DNA of 64,000 nucleotides from Candidatus Marinacidobacterium sp. GTDB lineage: Bacteria; Acidobacteriota; Vicinamibacteria; Marinacidobacterales; Marinacidobacteraceae. The translations under genes and the position numbers were made by a program. Where the stretch lies: contig OZ242011.1 in assembly GCA_965204755.1 (NCBI GenBank), positions 3,616,001-3,680,000 on the forward strand, given 5' to 3'. A model generated the notes under the pieces. That model had not been told where the DNA came from, searched no databases, and was given only the letters and a program-made list of their open reading frames with translations. Shown here piece by piece: positions 1 through 9,539 of this stretch (position 1 is its first letter; each line of letters opens with the position of its first letter).

Positions 1-217
1 CGGCGAACGGTTCCGGGTCGGCGTCCCCGTCTCCGTCGAAGCGCCGCTCTTCGAGACAGTCCGCGAATGCCTGCTGTCCCTCGATGTCGCGGCGGGGGAG
101 GATCGCGCCGGCCTTCACCAGCGCGGTGGCGGAGACGACGAGGCCCGTGGGCTGGACGAAGCCCAGCCACTCCAGGTGGTCGCGGACTTCGGGCGGGATC
201 TTGGCGCGCTTCCTCAC
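1..217 (-). CDS. 5' end of a probable DISARM class I adenine methyltransferase (DrmMI-like), truncated by the window edge
   Basis: Not in the ORF track. Manual translation from GTG 217 gives MRKRAKIPPEVRDHLEWLGFVQPTGLVVSATALVKAGA..., open to position 1. HxEWLGxVQPxGLVVS is the N-terminus I associate with methylases downstream of drmD. Catalytic motifs lie outside the window. Confidence 0.7.
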   Translation of the reverse strand, partial: MRKRAKIPPEVRDHLEWLGFVQPTGLVVSATALVKAGAILPRRDIEGQQAFADCLEERRFDGDGDADPEPFA

Positions 218-295
218 CGGGGATCTCCCGTCGCCGCGTGGTTTCGGTCGAGGCCGCCGGAGGGCAGGGCGCGGTCGAGTTGGGCCATCGGTCGG

Positions 296-1924
296 CTACA
301 CGCCCCAGACTTGGATGAGACGCTCGTCCGCTGCCTCGCTGTCGGCCTTGTCAGCGGGAGCCCAGGTTTCTTCCGTTCCGCCGGACGCGGTTTCGACGGC
401 GGTTCTCCGCACCGACGCCTCCCGGCGAAAGATCCGCTCGTCCCGGGACTTGCGGTCGTCGGTGTCGAAGACGACCAAGTGTCCTTCGCTCGCCCGGCAG
501 CGATCCATGTAAGCGGCCGTCTGGGCGGCGCCGCGGCGGATGACCTCGTCCAGGCCGTCGCGCGCCCGCTTGACCTTGCACTCGATGACGAAGACCTGCG
601 GGGCCCCGGCCCTGCGCCAGGTGATTCGGAGGTCGGCCCGGCCCATGCCGAGGCCGTACTCGCGGGCGATGTGGCCGCCGGCGTTGACGACGCGGTGGAG
701 GAAGGCCTGCAGCAGCACCTGCGCCGCCGCCTCGCGGTAGGTGAAGCCCTGCGACCACCACTCCCCGTTCTCTCGGAAGAACTGTTGGAACGCGGACAGG
801 AGTTTCGGGACATCCAGATTGCCGTCGGCGCCGTCGTACCGCTCTTCGTCCTCGGCCACCGCTTCTTCGACGCGCCGGGCGAGGATTCGCGGGATTACTT
901 CACGGTAGATGGGGTTGGCGATGCGGACGGGGTCGGTGGATGCGATCAGGCCCAAGTTCCGGGCGGACTCCACATCGTCGGGATTCGCGTCGGCCAGCTC
1001 TGGAAGACCGCCCACGATCGGCTCGATCACGCGTCGGAGGCGACCGTCCTTCAGGCAGTCCTCGATCTGCCGGAAGTGCGTAGGGCGCCGGAGGATCAGT
1101 CGTTCCCGGGCATCTCTGACCGCTTCGTCCGTGATGTCACGGGTTCGGTCCCGGCCGGCGGGGGCGTCGAAACTGGCGCCCGCCGCCAGCGCGTTCACCA
1201 GCCACGGCTGGCCTCGCGTGGCGTCCCGGGTTTCGTCCACGGCATCGGCGGTGAATCGCTGCCCGGTTTCCTCCGTGTGCTGTCCGAGGAGCGCTTCGAC
1301 TTCGTTGCTCGAGAAATCATCGAGTCGAATGGATCGGTCGGCGGTGAACGGGTTGCCCGCGGGTATCGGATACTCCCGCGCGCCCCTGACCCCGCACAGC
1401 GCGATGCTCCACGGATGGCCCGCCCGACCGGTCTCGCAGTCCGCGCGCCGTTGCTGCAGGAGAGCGGACAGCAGGTCTTCGGGGAGCGCGTCCGCTTCGT
1501 CGAGGAGCAGCACGAGCGGCTCGGGACTTTCGGCCGCCCAGCGCGTCAGCGTTTCCTGCAGCGCGGCGGCCGGGCCGTACTCCGCGAGCACGCCGGGCCA
1601 AGTCTTCGCAGGGAAGTCGTCGTTGAGCGTCAACTCGGCGCGGGACGCCAGGCAGCTCAACACGGCGCGAATGGCCTGTTCGAAGTCGGGAGCGGTCTGC
1701 GCGGCTTCCAGGTTGGCGTGGATGCAGCGGTAGCCGCGTTCGTTCAGGAGGTCGCGGAGGGCGATGAGCGCGGTGGTCTTGCCGGTCTGCCGGGGCGCAT
1801 GGACGACGAAGTACTGCTTGTCTTCCACGAGGCGGAGCACGCCGTCGAGGTCGAACCGCTCGAGGGGCGGGATGTGGTAGTGCTCGTCCGGGAGGATCGG
1901 CCCGGCGGTGTTGAAGGTGAGCAC
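296..1924 (-). CDS. AAA-type ATPase with C-terminal PD-(D/E)xK nuclease-like domain
   Basis: C-terminal part of ORF 296..3667; likely GTG start at 1924 (VLTFNTAGP). Walker A APRQTGKTT, Walker B LLLDEAD, C-terminal REYGLGMGRADL...VIECK. Confidence 0.85.
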   Translation of the reverse strand: MLTFNTAGPILPDEHYHIPPLERFDLDGVLRLVEDKQYFVVHAPRQTGKTTALIALRDLLNERGYRCIHANLEAAQTAPDFEQAIRAVLSCLASRAELTLNDDFPAKTWPGVLAEYGPAAALQETLTRWAAESPEPLVLLLDEADALPEDLLSALLQQRRADCETGRAGHPWSIALCGVRGAREYPIPAGNPFTADRSIRLDDFSSNEVEALLGQHTEETGQRFTADAVDETRDATRGQPWLVNALAAGASFDAPAGRDRTRDITDEAVRDARERLILRRPTHFRQIEDCLKDGRLRRVIEPIVGGLPELADANPDDVESARNLGLIASTDPVRIANPIYREVIPRILARRVEEAVAEDEERYDGADGNLDVPKLLSAFQQFFRENGEWWSQGFTYREAAAQVLLQAFLHRVVNAGGHIAREYGLGMGRADLRITWRRAGAPQVFVIECKVKRARDGLDEVIRRGAAQTAAYMDRCRASEGHLVVFDTDDRKSRDERIFRREASVRRTAVETASGGTEETWAPADKADSEAADERLIQVWGV

Positions 1925-1950
1925 GGCGGTTCGTTGATCGCTGGACAGTG

Positions 1951-4900
1951 TCAGTTGGTGTCCGGCCAGAGATAGACGACGCCCACCGGCTCGAGCCGCG
2001 TGGCGCGGACCTGGTAGAAGTCCCGGACGCGTTTCGGTTCTTCTTCGATCTCGGTCTCGAAGTGCTGCAGCCGACGCTTCCAGGACTTGGCGTCCCGCTC
2101 CGCTTGCCGGCGCTCCTCGCGGTTCAGGTCGTCGAAGAGCAGACGCTGCGGGCCTTCCTTCCGGTACTTCGCCCACTCCTCGGCCACCCGTTTGCGTTGG
2201 CGTTCGAGGGTCGTGCGGAGGGCCTTCGCTTCGGCATCGCCGCGGCTGCGCAGTTTCGCCTCCGCGGCCTTGCGCCGCTGGTCGGCGCGGGACTTCAGGG
2301 CGGGCCGGAGGGCGGCCACATCGTGGGGCGCTTGGGCGAGCAGCGGGCCGTGGACTCGTTCGTCGGGCACGCGATGCTGCGTCAGGGCGCTGTCCAGGAC
2401 TTCCATCGTCCGCCGGTGTTCGTCCGAAGATTCGCCGAACGGCCGGAGTTTCTTCGTGGAGGCGTGTTCGGGGAACCAGCGGGCCGCCACCCTCACTACC
2501 TCCTGGTGGAGCCGCTCGGCCCCGGCGCCGTAGAGGGAGAGCCGACCGAGCAGCACCACCCGGGGGATCGAGTCGGCGCCCTGCGTGAGACAGGCGCGGG
2601 ACAGGTCGTGGTATAGGAATCCCTGGCTGCGGAACCGGGCGAGCAGCCGCTGCGCCAGTCGCTGTTCCAGGTGGAGATGGACCACATCGGCGGCGACGCG
2701 CTCCGGGTCCCGGAAGACGACCGGGCGGGGGCGAGCCCGCTTGCGCCACTCCGCCTCCTTTTCGTCCTTTTTCCTCGGGGAACGCAGCGAGTCGAGGGTG
2801 GTGCGCCAACTGGGGTCGCTCGCCTGCTGCTCGGTCAGGGCGGGGAAACGCCAGACGGATTGCCCGCCTCCACTGCGTTCCTCGATCAGGCCTCCGGCGT
2901 TTTGGAGTTCGAGGGAACGGGACAGGGCGTCGCGGAAGGCGTCTTCGTCGAAGCGGAGATGCCGCCGCGACTTCTCCAGGGTATTGCGGCAAACCTCCAG
3001 TTGCTTTTGGAGTCCGGTGCTCCCGTCGCGGGTCGCTTCCAACACTTCCCGGACGACTCGCGGGTTCCGGGGACCGGCCTGTCCGAGGTGGCCGGCGAGG
3101 GTCCCGGCGTTTCCCGGACAGATCCCGCCGCGAAGCAGGCGTTCGGTGTCGGAGATGACCCGGGCCAGACTGCCCAGTTCCTTGCGGATCGTTTCGGTTT
3201 TCTTGACCAGGACCTCGAGAACCCGGTCTTCGGCGCGCTGCGGGAGTTTGAAATAGCGGCAGGTCACGACCGGTGCGGGTTGGAGTTTGCGGTCGATCCG
3301 GCCGTTGCGCTGTTCGATCCGGCCGGGGTTCCAGGGGAGGTCGAAGTGGAACAGGTCGGCGCAGTGCGCCTGCAGGTTGAGCCCTTCGCGGGCGGCGTCC
3401 GTCGCGATCAGGATGCGGAGCGGCTCTTTCTCCGGGTCGGCATTGAACCGACGCTGGATTTCCCGCCGGTTGTCGAGGCCGGTGAGACCGGTGAGGACTT
3501 CGATCCGCCGGTCGGCCTCGTCGGTGTAGCGGACGGCCGCTTCGAGCATCTCCTTCAGGTACCGCTTCGTGCCTTCGCGGTTCTCCGTGAAGATGAGGAC
3601 CCGCCGGTGGCTCCAGCGGGGCGGCTTCCCGGACGGGCGTTTGTTGAACTCCGGCAGGTCGGGGCACTGGTTCTCGCGGATCCAGCGAACGAGGCGGCGG
3701 ACCTTGGCGTCCGGGAGGTGGCGGTGTTCCTTCGCGACCCGCGCCATTTCGTCGAGGAGCCGGCGCTCCCCGGCGGGAAGCGAGCCGGGAGAGTCGGTGG
3801 CGCGGGTGAGCGCCTCCGCCTGCTCGTCTTCCTCCTTCGCCAAGTCGTCGTCCTCCCAGTCGGCGCGTTCGTCGTCGGCGTCCGGGGCGGCGATGAATCC
3901 CTTCGTCGGTGTCGCTGCGTCCGGGGACGAAGACGACTCGGCGAACTGTCTCTCCACCGTCTTGCGATGCACCTCCAGCGTGCGGGCGAAGGCCTCGATC
4001 GAGGAAAGGAGCCGCTGCTGCAGTCCGACGAGGAGCAGCCGCGCCGCGGTCTGCTCCCGTTTCGACGCCTTCTTCAGCCGCTCTTCCCGGGCGCTCCGGT
4101 ATTCGTCGAGCAGTCGCGAGAGGCGGAGTTCCGGGGCGTCTTCCGGGAGGTCGGCGATGACCACTGCCTCTACCCGGCGCTCCGGGAAGCCGCCGCTCAC
4201 CTCGCGGAGGTCGTCCTTGAGGCGGCGCACCAGCACCGGTTCGAGTTCGCGTTTCTCCCGGATCCGGATGCCGCGGGTGAACCGGCGGGGGTCGAGGATC
4301 TCCATGAGGGCGGCGAAACTGTTGGAGTGGCCGTTATGGGGCGTGGCGGAGAGGAAGAGGCGGTGCTCGAACCGGTTGGCCAGGTCGCGGACCGCGCGGG
4401 TGAACTTGGATTCGATCCCGTACTTGCCGGCCGACGAAGGCGCGGCGTGGTGGGCCTCGTCGAGGATCAGCAGGCTGCCCGGCAGGCGCTCGCCGAGCCA
4501 TTCGCGCATCGGTTCGGCGTAGGCGGGGTCGCGCAGCAGGTTGTGGGAGACGAGGAACCGGGGGTGGGTGCGCCACGGGTTCGCGCCGAAACCGCGTTGG
4601 CGGCGCACCTCGGAGACATAGCGGCGGTCGAGCACCTTGAAGACGAGTCCGAACCGCTCTTCCATCTCGGTCCGCCACTGGTCGAGCACCGACGCCGGCG
4701 CGGCCACGACCACCTGCCGCGCCTTGCGGCGGAGGAGGAGTTCCTGGGCGATGAGGCCGGCCTCGATGGTCTTGCCGAGGCCGGTGTCGTCGGCGATGAA
4801 CAGGTTGACGCGGGGGAGGCGGAGGGCCTTCCGCAGGGGCTCCATCTGGTAGGCGTCGAGCCGGATGCCGGCGCGGAACGGCGCCTGGAGGAGGTCGCGG

Positions 4901-5235
4901 TCGGTGGCGGTGACGCAGTTCCAGAGGAGCGTCCGGTAGAACGCGGCGAACTGGCGGGGTTCGTCGAACTGCCCCTTCGCGAGACTCTTCCAGCCATCGT
5001 CTTCGAGGACCCGGCGGTCGGGCTCGTAGTTCCAGAAGACTTCGAGCGGCTCGCCGGGCGAGTCGTCCTCGGCGCAGGCGAGGCGGACGACCGCGGATTC
5101 GTCCGGCGCCGGTGGATCCTCGACCTGCTGGACGATCCACTTGCGCGATCTCACCTGCACCAGAGCGCCCTGGGCCGGCGGCGCGAGCGGCGATACGGCG
5201 AGTTGCCCGGTGGCCGCCGGGTTCGCCGGGTTCAT
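1951..5235 (-). CDS. drmD: DISARM SNF2-like helicase DrmD
   Basis: ATG 5235. Motifs IADDTGLGKT, DEAHH, SATPHNG, ATDAAREGLNLQ, DLPWNPGRIEQRNGRIDR; C-terminus LEPVGVVYLWP; methylase-like gene downstream. Confidence 0.88.
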   Translation of the reverse strand: MNPANPAATGQLAVSPLAPPAQGALVQVRSRKWIVQQVEDPPAPDESAVVRLACAEDDSPGEPLEVFWNYEPDRRVLEDDGWKSLAKGQFDEPRQFAAFYRTLLWNCVTATDRDLLQAPFRAGIRLDAYQMEPLRKALRLPRVNLFIADDTGLGKTIEAGLIAQELLLRRKARQVVVAAPASVLDQWRTEMEERFGLVFKVLDRRYVSEVRRQRGFGANPWRTHPRFLVSHNLLRDPAYAEPMREWLGERLPGSLLILDEAHHAAPSSAGKYGIESKFTRAVRDLANRFEHRLFLSATPHNGHSNSFAALMEILDPRRFTRGIRIREKRELEPVLVRRLKDDLREVSGGFPERRVEAVVIADLPEDAPELRLSRLLDEYRSAREERLKKASKREQTAARLLLVGLQQRLLSSIEAFARTLEVHRKTVERQFAESSSSPDAATPTKGFIAAPDADDERADWEDDDLAKEEDEQAEALTRATDSPGSLPAGERRLLDEMARVAKEHRHLPDAKVRRLVRWIRENQCPDLPEFNKRPSGKPPRWSHRRVLIFTENREGTKRYLKEMLEAAVRYTDEADRRIEVLTGLTGLDNRREIQRRFNADPEKEPLRILIATDAAREGLNLQAHCADLFHFDLPWNPGRIEQRNGRIDRKLQPAPVVTCRYFKLPQRAEDRVLEVLVKKTETIRKELGSLARVISDTERLLRGGICPGNAGTLAGHLGQAGPRNPRVVREVLEATRDGSTGLQKQLEVCRNTLEKSRRHLRFDEDAFRDALSRSLELQNAGGLIEERSGGGQSVWRFPALTEQQASDPSWRTTLDSLRSPRKKDEKEAEWRKRARPRPVVFRDPERVAADVVHLHLEQRLAQRLLARFRSQGFLYHDLSRACLTQGADSIPRVVLLGRLSLYGAGAERLHQEVVRVAARWFPEHASTKKLRPFGESSDEHRRTMEVLDSALTQHRVPDERVHGPLLAQAPHDVAALRPALKSRADQRRKAAEAKLRSRGDAEAKALRTTLERQRKRVAEEWAKYRKEGPQRLLFDDLNREERRQAERDAKSWKRRLQHFETEIEEEPKRVRDFYQVRATRLEPVGVVYLWPDTN

Positions 5236-5244
5236 CGGCGGCGG

Positions 5245-5250
5245 ATCGTA
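5245..5250 (-). promoter_or_regulatory. -10 box TACGAT 9 nt upstream of the drmD ATG (leaderless or near-leaderless)
   Basis: TAnnnT hexamer close to the start codon; no SD visible. Confidence 0.4.
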
Positions 5251-5309
5251 CCGCCGGTCGGGAGCGGGGCGAACGGGGTCGCGGCGGAGCGCGGTGGCGG
5301 GAGCCGGGG

Positions 5310-6452
5310 TCAGGCCGGGTGGGGGATTCGGAGGCGGCGGGTGACTTGGCCGTCGTTCTCCCAGGGGGTGGCCTTGTAGCGGGAGGCCTCCTCGGCGGTG
5401 CGTTGGGGGCCGCCGGCGTCCTCGGCGCGGGCGGTGAGGCGGTGTTCGCCGGGGGCGGGGGCGGGCCAGGCGATCTGGAAGTGGCGGAGGCCGAAGGGGT
5501 GGGCGGTGGGGAGGAGATGGGCCGGGCGGAACGGGGCGTGGTCGAAACGGACGGAGACGCCGGTGACGGGAGATCGGCCATCGTTCCAGGCGAGGCCGTG
5601 GACGGTGTGGCGGCCGGTGCGGTCCGCTTCGACGCGGGTGACGAGGGACTTCAGGCGCATCCGGCCGATGGCGGAGGCGCGGTGTTCGATCCCGGTCGGC
5701 GTTTCGACGCCCTGGATCGTCACATAGTCCTTCGCCTGGTACCAGCCGGCGAACCGAGTGGGCCAGACCTCGATGCGGGTCACCCACTTCACCTGGGCGA
5801 TGCCGTAGAAGCCGGGGACGAGCAGCCGCAGCGGGCCGCCGTGTTCCGGGGGCAGGGGGGCGCCGTTCATCGTGTCGGCGAGCATCACCTCCGGCGCGAG
5901 GGCGTCGGCGACGGGGAGGCTGCGGGCGAAGCGGCCGGGGTAGGCGTTCCCTCGCAGGCGCTCGTTCGCGGCGTCGGCGCCGAAGAAGACGACTTCGCGG
6001 CTGTCGGCGCGGAGCAGGGGTTCGAGGAGCGGGGCGAGCGGCGTTCCTTCCCAGCGGGCGGCGCCGACGAGGCCGTGCATGCCGACGCCGCCGTTGCCGC
6101 AGCACTCGAAGGCCGCGACCCGGTTCGCGCGGGGCAGGGCGCGGAGGGCGGTCGGCGTCAGCGTCCCGTGCGGCGCTTCGCCGCGGCGGCCGACTTCGAG
6201 ATGGAACTCCGCCGGCGGGAGCGCGGGAACGCCCGAGTGGTCGAGGACGAAGAAGTCCTCGTTCGGGACGACTTCGCCGGTGATGCCGGTGAGATCGGTG
6301 TATCTCGCCCGGGTTCCCGGCGGGAGTGGCTCGATGTCGGCCCAGGGAAGCGTCGTCGACGCGGGCTGGGCGGCCGCCGGCCGCGGCCCGACGCCGGAAG
6401 GAACGGACGCCGCCGCGCCGAGGGCGGCGAGGAAGGCCCGGCGGTTCATCAT
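5310..6452 (-). CDS. Tat-exported molybdopterin oxidoreductase, sulfite oxidase family
   Basis: MMNRRAFLAA twin-arginine signal; ECCGNG (Mo-ligand Cys); MNGAPLPPEHGGPLRLLVPGFYGIAQVKWV; C-terminal dimerisation-type domain. Confidence 0.9.
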   Translation of the reverse strand: MMNRRAFLAALGAAASVPSGVGPRPAAAQPASTTLPWADIEPLPPGTRARYTDLTGITGEVVPNEDFFVLDHSGVPALPPAEFHLEVGRRGEAPHGTLTPTALRALPRANRVAAFECCGNGGVGMHGLVGAARWEGTPLAPLLEPLLRADSREVVFFGADAANERLRGNAYPGRFARSLPVADALAPEVMLADTMNGAPLPPEHGGPLRLLVPGFYGIAQVKWVTRIEVWPTRFAGWYQAKDYVTIQGVETPTGIEHRASAIGRMRLKSLVTRVEADRTGRHTVHGLAWNDGRSPVTGVSVRFDHAPFRPAHLLPTAHPFGLRHFQIAWPAPAPGEHRLTARAEDAGGPQRTAEEASRYKATPWENDGQVTRRLRIPHPA

Positions 6453-6493
6453 CGCGAAGGGGCGGGTGAACAGCGCCTCGGCGGTCGAGTACG

Positions 6494-6526
6494 AAGAAAG
6501 AGGCCGGCCCGGTCGGGCCGGCCTCT
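6494..6526 (-). terminator. Rho-independent terminator after the TonB-dependent receptor
   Basis: 12-bp perfect stem (6499-6510/6515-6526) with a 4-nt loop, followed by TTCTT on the minus strand, 20 nt past the stop. Confidence 0.75.
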
Positions 6527-6546
6527 CGAAAGGAAGGATCGCTCGC

Positions 6547-9402
6547 TCAGAAGTACACGCGGATCGCGCCGCGAATGATCCTCGGCGAAAGGAAGTTGAG
6601 GACATCCCCGTAGGCGGAGCCGCTCGAAGTGTTCAGTTGGGTTTCCGTGTTGGCGTTCGTGATGTTGAAGATGTTGATCTCCGGGGAGATCCGCACATCG
6701 CCGATATAGAAGTCGCGGAAGAGCGCCATGTCGAAGGTCGTGACATTGGGCAGCCGCTCGCTCCCCACGGGAGCGGAGAGGATCGTCGCGCCGCCCTGGT
6801 TCAGCCCGGAGACGAAGAAGGTCCGGGCGACCGGCTGGCCGGTCTGGTACCGCATGACGCCCGAAGCGCGGATGCTCCACGGCGCGTGCCAGGTGCCGAT
6901 CACCTTGAACTGGTTGGTGCGGTCGTAGAAGGACTTGCCCTTCGCGTTCACCTGGTTGTTCGGGTTGGTGAATATGCCCGGGTTCGTGTTCTCCCACTGA
7001 CTCCCGCGCGACCACGCGTCCGTGTCGTTGTACGAGTAGGAGACGATCGCCTGCCAGTCGTTGGAGAGGCGCTTTTGCGCGATGACCTCGAAGCCGCGGT
7101 AACTCGTCTCGAATTTGTCCACGGTCTGGATGGCGAGTTGGCTGATGCCCACCAAGTCCGGATTCAGGTTGTAGATGGTGACCATGCCGGCGTCGTCCGC
7201 GGTGCCGACTGCGCCGTCCGGGCCGGGATCCTGCACATCCATCGGGGTGTACGCGGAGTCGGGCGCAGCCAAGTTGACGCTGTCCGACTTGTCGTTGCTG
7301 CTGCGCATCGAGAAGGTGGTCTGGATCCAGATGTCGCCCGGGAACTCGCGCTCGAGGCCGATGGTGAATTCATCGGTGTACTCGTGTTTCAGGTTGGCGT
7401 CCACCGTTCGCACGGCGGCGGTCCTTCCGAACTGGTCGGAGAGGACGGCGCCCTGTTCGCCGTTCTGGAATTGGTTGTCGCCGTTCAGGTCGTTCCACTC
7501 GTGGGTGTTCGACAGACTGCCGTTCTGGTTCACGAAGTTGGCGAAACCGGTGGAGAACTGGTGGTAGTAGCGGCCCCAACTCGACTTCAGGGCGCTCTTG
7601 CCGCCCTCTTCGAGCCCGATGACGAGGCCGAAGCGGGGGGCGAAACTGGAGAGGTCGAGGATGCCGGTCCGTTCGGCGAAACTGCGGGGGCAGCCGTCGG
7701 CCGCGCGGCAGTAAGTCCCGTCCGCGCTGTTCTGTTCCGGCAGCCAGCCGTGGTAGCGGTCCCAGCGCAGGCCGAGTTTCAGGGTGAGGCGGTCCCCGAT
7801 CGAGATGATGTCGTCTATGTAGGCCGAGGTCTGGGCGAGCGCCTGCGCCTCCGTCCTCGGTGTGTTGCGGAGGAGAACCTGGTAAGGCTCGCCGTTGTTG
7901 AACTGCAGGAAGACATCGCCGATTGCGGTCGTCTCGTTGCGGATCGGGTTGTGGGAATACTCCGCGCCGATCTTCAACTCGTGGTCGGCGCCGGCCACGC
8001 CTTCCGCGAAATAGGTCAGGTCACTCTTGTAGGAGAACCGCTTCCGGCGGCGCTCCACATTGAAGTCGCGCGCGTTGAGGAATGTCCCGGTGCCCACATC
8101 GTACCCGGCTTGGAGTCCGGCGGCCTTGGCTTCCTCGGTATGGGAAGTCGGGAACCAGACATTCAGGTGGGAGAACCGCGTGTCCAGCAGCGCGTTCTCG
8201 CTCAGGGTCGAGGTCCAGGTCGCCTGGATGATGCGGAAAGTGTCGTCCTCGATCCAACTCGCTTCCGGCGGGCGGTTGCCGGCGAGCCCCCGGCGCGGCT
8301 TCCAGTAGGACATCTCGTGCCATTCGAGGCTCACCTTGTTGCTCTGGGTAACTTCCGTGTCGCTCTTGATCACGAACTGCCACATGTCCGTGTCTTCGGT
8401 CACGCTGGTCACGCCGGAGACATAGCGGTGGACGCGCTCGTCCCGGAACGAGAAGTAGAAGGTCGAGCGGTCGCGCACCACCGGGCCGCCGAACTGGACA
8501 TTCGCGTCGGAGAGGTAGTCGAACTCGGACGCCGTCGCGCCGTTGTTCTCGAGTTCCTGCGTGAAGTTGTCGAACTGGGTGGCGGCGTTCTGGTAGTGGA
8601 AGCCGACGCCGCCGTTGAAGTCGTTGGTGCCGCTCTTGGTTACCATGTTCAGGTACACGCCGGGAGCGTTCACGGACGCCGGATGGGAGCCGGTCTCGAC
8701 CTGGACTTCCTCGAAACTGTCGTAGTCGTAGTAGTAACCGCTCGCGCCGAGGGCGGCCGGGCAGGTCACATTCACGCCGTTCAGGTAGTAACTGTTCTGG
8801 CCCCAGGAAGTGCCGCGCGCGGAGAAGACCGCCTGCAGGCCGGTCTCGCTCCCCCCGACATCGAGGCGGTTCGTGGTTACGCCGGGCGCCTGGTGCTCGA
8901 GCAGCGACCAGACATCGCGGGCGCTCGGCACCTCTTCGAGGAGGCTCTCGTCGAAGGTGGCGCCGATGACCGTGCTCTTCGTGTCGAGCAGCGGGGACTC
9001 GCCGACGACGGTGATCGTCTCCTCGAGGGTGGAGAGTTCGAGTTGGACATCGAGGGCGGTCGTCCGGCCGATGTCCACGCGGACGCCCTCGTTCACCCGG
9101 GTCTGGAAGCCGCCCAGTTCGAAGCGGAGGCTGTAGATGCCGGGCGGGACGGCCACGAAGCGGTAGGTGCCGGTGCCGCTCGAGACCGAGACTTCGGGCG
9201 AGCCGCCTCCGGTGAGGGTCACCGAGACGCCGGGGAGCACCTGGCCGGTGCCGTCCCGGACCGTGCCTTCGACCGTCCCGCTGGTGGTCTGGCCGAGGGC
9301 CGAGGCCGCGGGGAGCAGGACGAGCGCGGCAAGCGCGAGCACCGTCGGGGCGAGCGTGGCGGCGAAGCCGCCGAGCGCGCGTTCGGGGGAGCGTGTTCTC
9401 AT
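6547..9402 (-). CDS. TonB-dependent receptor with N-terminal carboxypeptidase-regulatory-like domain (Oar-like)
   Basis: ATG 9402; signal peptide; GTVRDGTGQVLPGVSVT...GIYSLRFELGGF; plug region NMVTKSGTN; C-terminal IRVYF (terminal Phe). Confidence 0.93.
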   Translation of the reverse strand: MRTRSPERALGGFAATLAPTVLALAALVLLPAASALGQTTSGTVEGTVRDGTGQVLPGVSVTLTGGGSPEVSVSSGTGTYRFVAVPPGIYSLRFELGGFQTRVNEGVRVDIGRTTALDVQLELSTLEETITVVGESPLLDTKSTVIGATFDESLLEEVPSARDVWSLLEHQAPGVTTNRLDVGGSETGLQAVFSARGTSWGQNSYYLNGVNVTCPAALGASGYYYDYDSFEEVQVETGSHPASVNAPGVYLNMVTKSGTNDFNGGVGFHYQNAATQFDNFTQELENNGATASEFDYLSDANVQFGGPVVRDRSTFYFSFRDERVHRYVSGVTSVTEDTDMWQFVIKSDTEVTQSNKVSLEWHEMSYWKPRRGLAGNRPPEASWIEDDTFRIIQATWTSTLSENALLDTRFSHLNVWFPTSHTEEAKAAGLQAGYDVGTGTFLNARDFNVERRRKRFSYKSDLTYFAEGVAGADHELKIGAEYSHNPIRNETTAIGDVFLQFNNGEPYQVLLRNTPRTEAQALAQTSAYIDDIISIGDRLTLKLGLRWDRYHGWLPEQNSADGTYCRAADGCPRSFAERTGILDLSSFAPRFGLVIGLEEGGKSALKSSWGRYYHQFSTGFANFVNQNGSLSNTHEWNDLNGDNQFQNGEQGAVLSDQFGRTAAVRTVDANLKHEYTDEFTIGLEREFPGDIWIQTTFSMRSSNDKSDSVNLAAPDSAYTPMDVQDPGPDGAVGTADDAGMVTIYNLNPDLVGISQLAIQTVDKFETSYRGFEVIAQKRLSNDWQAIVSYSYNDTDAWSRGSQWENTNPGIFTNPNNQVNAKGKSFYDRTNQFKVIGTWHAPWSIRASGVMRYQTGQPVARTFFVSGLNQGGATILSAPVGSERLPNVTTFDMALFRDFYIGDVRISPEINIFNITNANTETQLNTSSGSAYGDVLNFLSPRIIRGAIRVYF

Positions 9403-9478
9403 TCGGATGCGTTCTCCTCGGGGCTCGCGCCCCTGGTCTCGTTCCTCCGGAACGCTTCCGGGGAAGACCGAGTTCTCT

Positions 9479-9507
9479 ATCTTCGATTCGGGGGGCGCGG
9501 AAGTCAA
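9479..9507 (-). promoter_or_regulatory. Putative sigma70 promoter for the receptor gene
   Basis: TTGACT-17 nt-GAAGAT about 75 nt upstream of the ATG. Confidence 0.4.
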
Positions 9508-9539
9508 ACGGGAACGACCGGCGGCCCGTTGCGGCGGCT

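Noticed and set aside
214-288. Small ORF MAQLDRALPSGGLDRNHAATGDPR between the ATPase and the methylase
   Set aside because: 24 aa with no recognisable features. Its stop overlaps the methylase GTG, so coupling is possible but unsupported.
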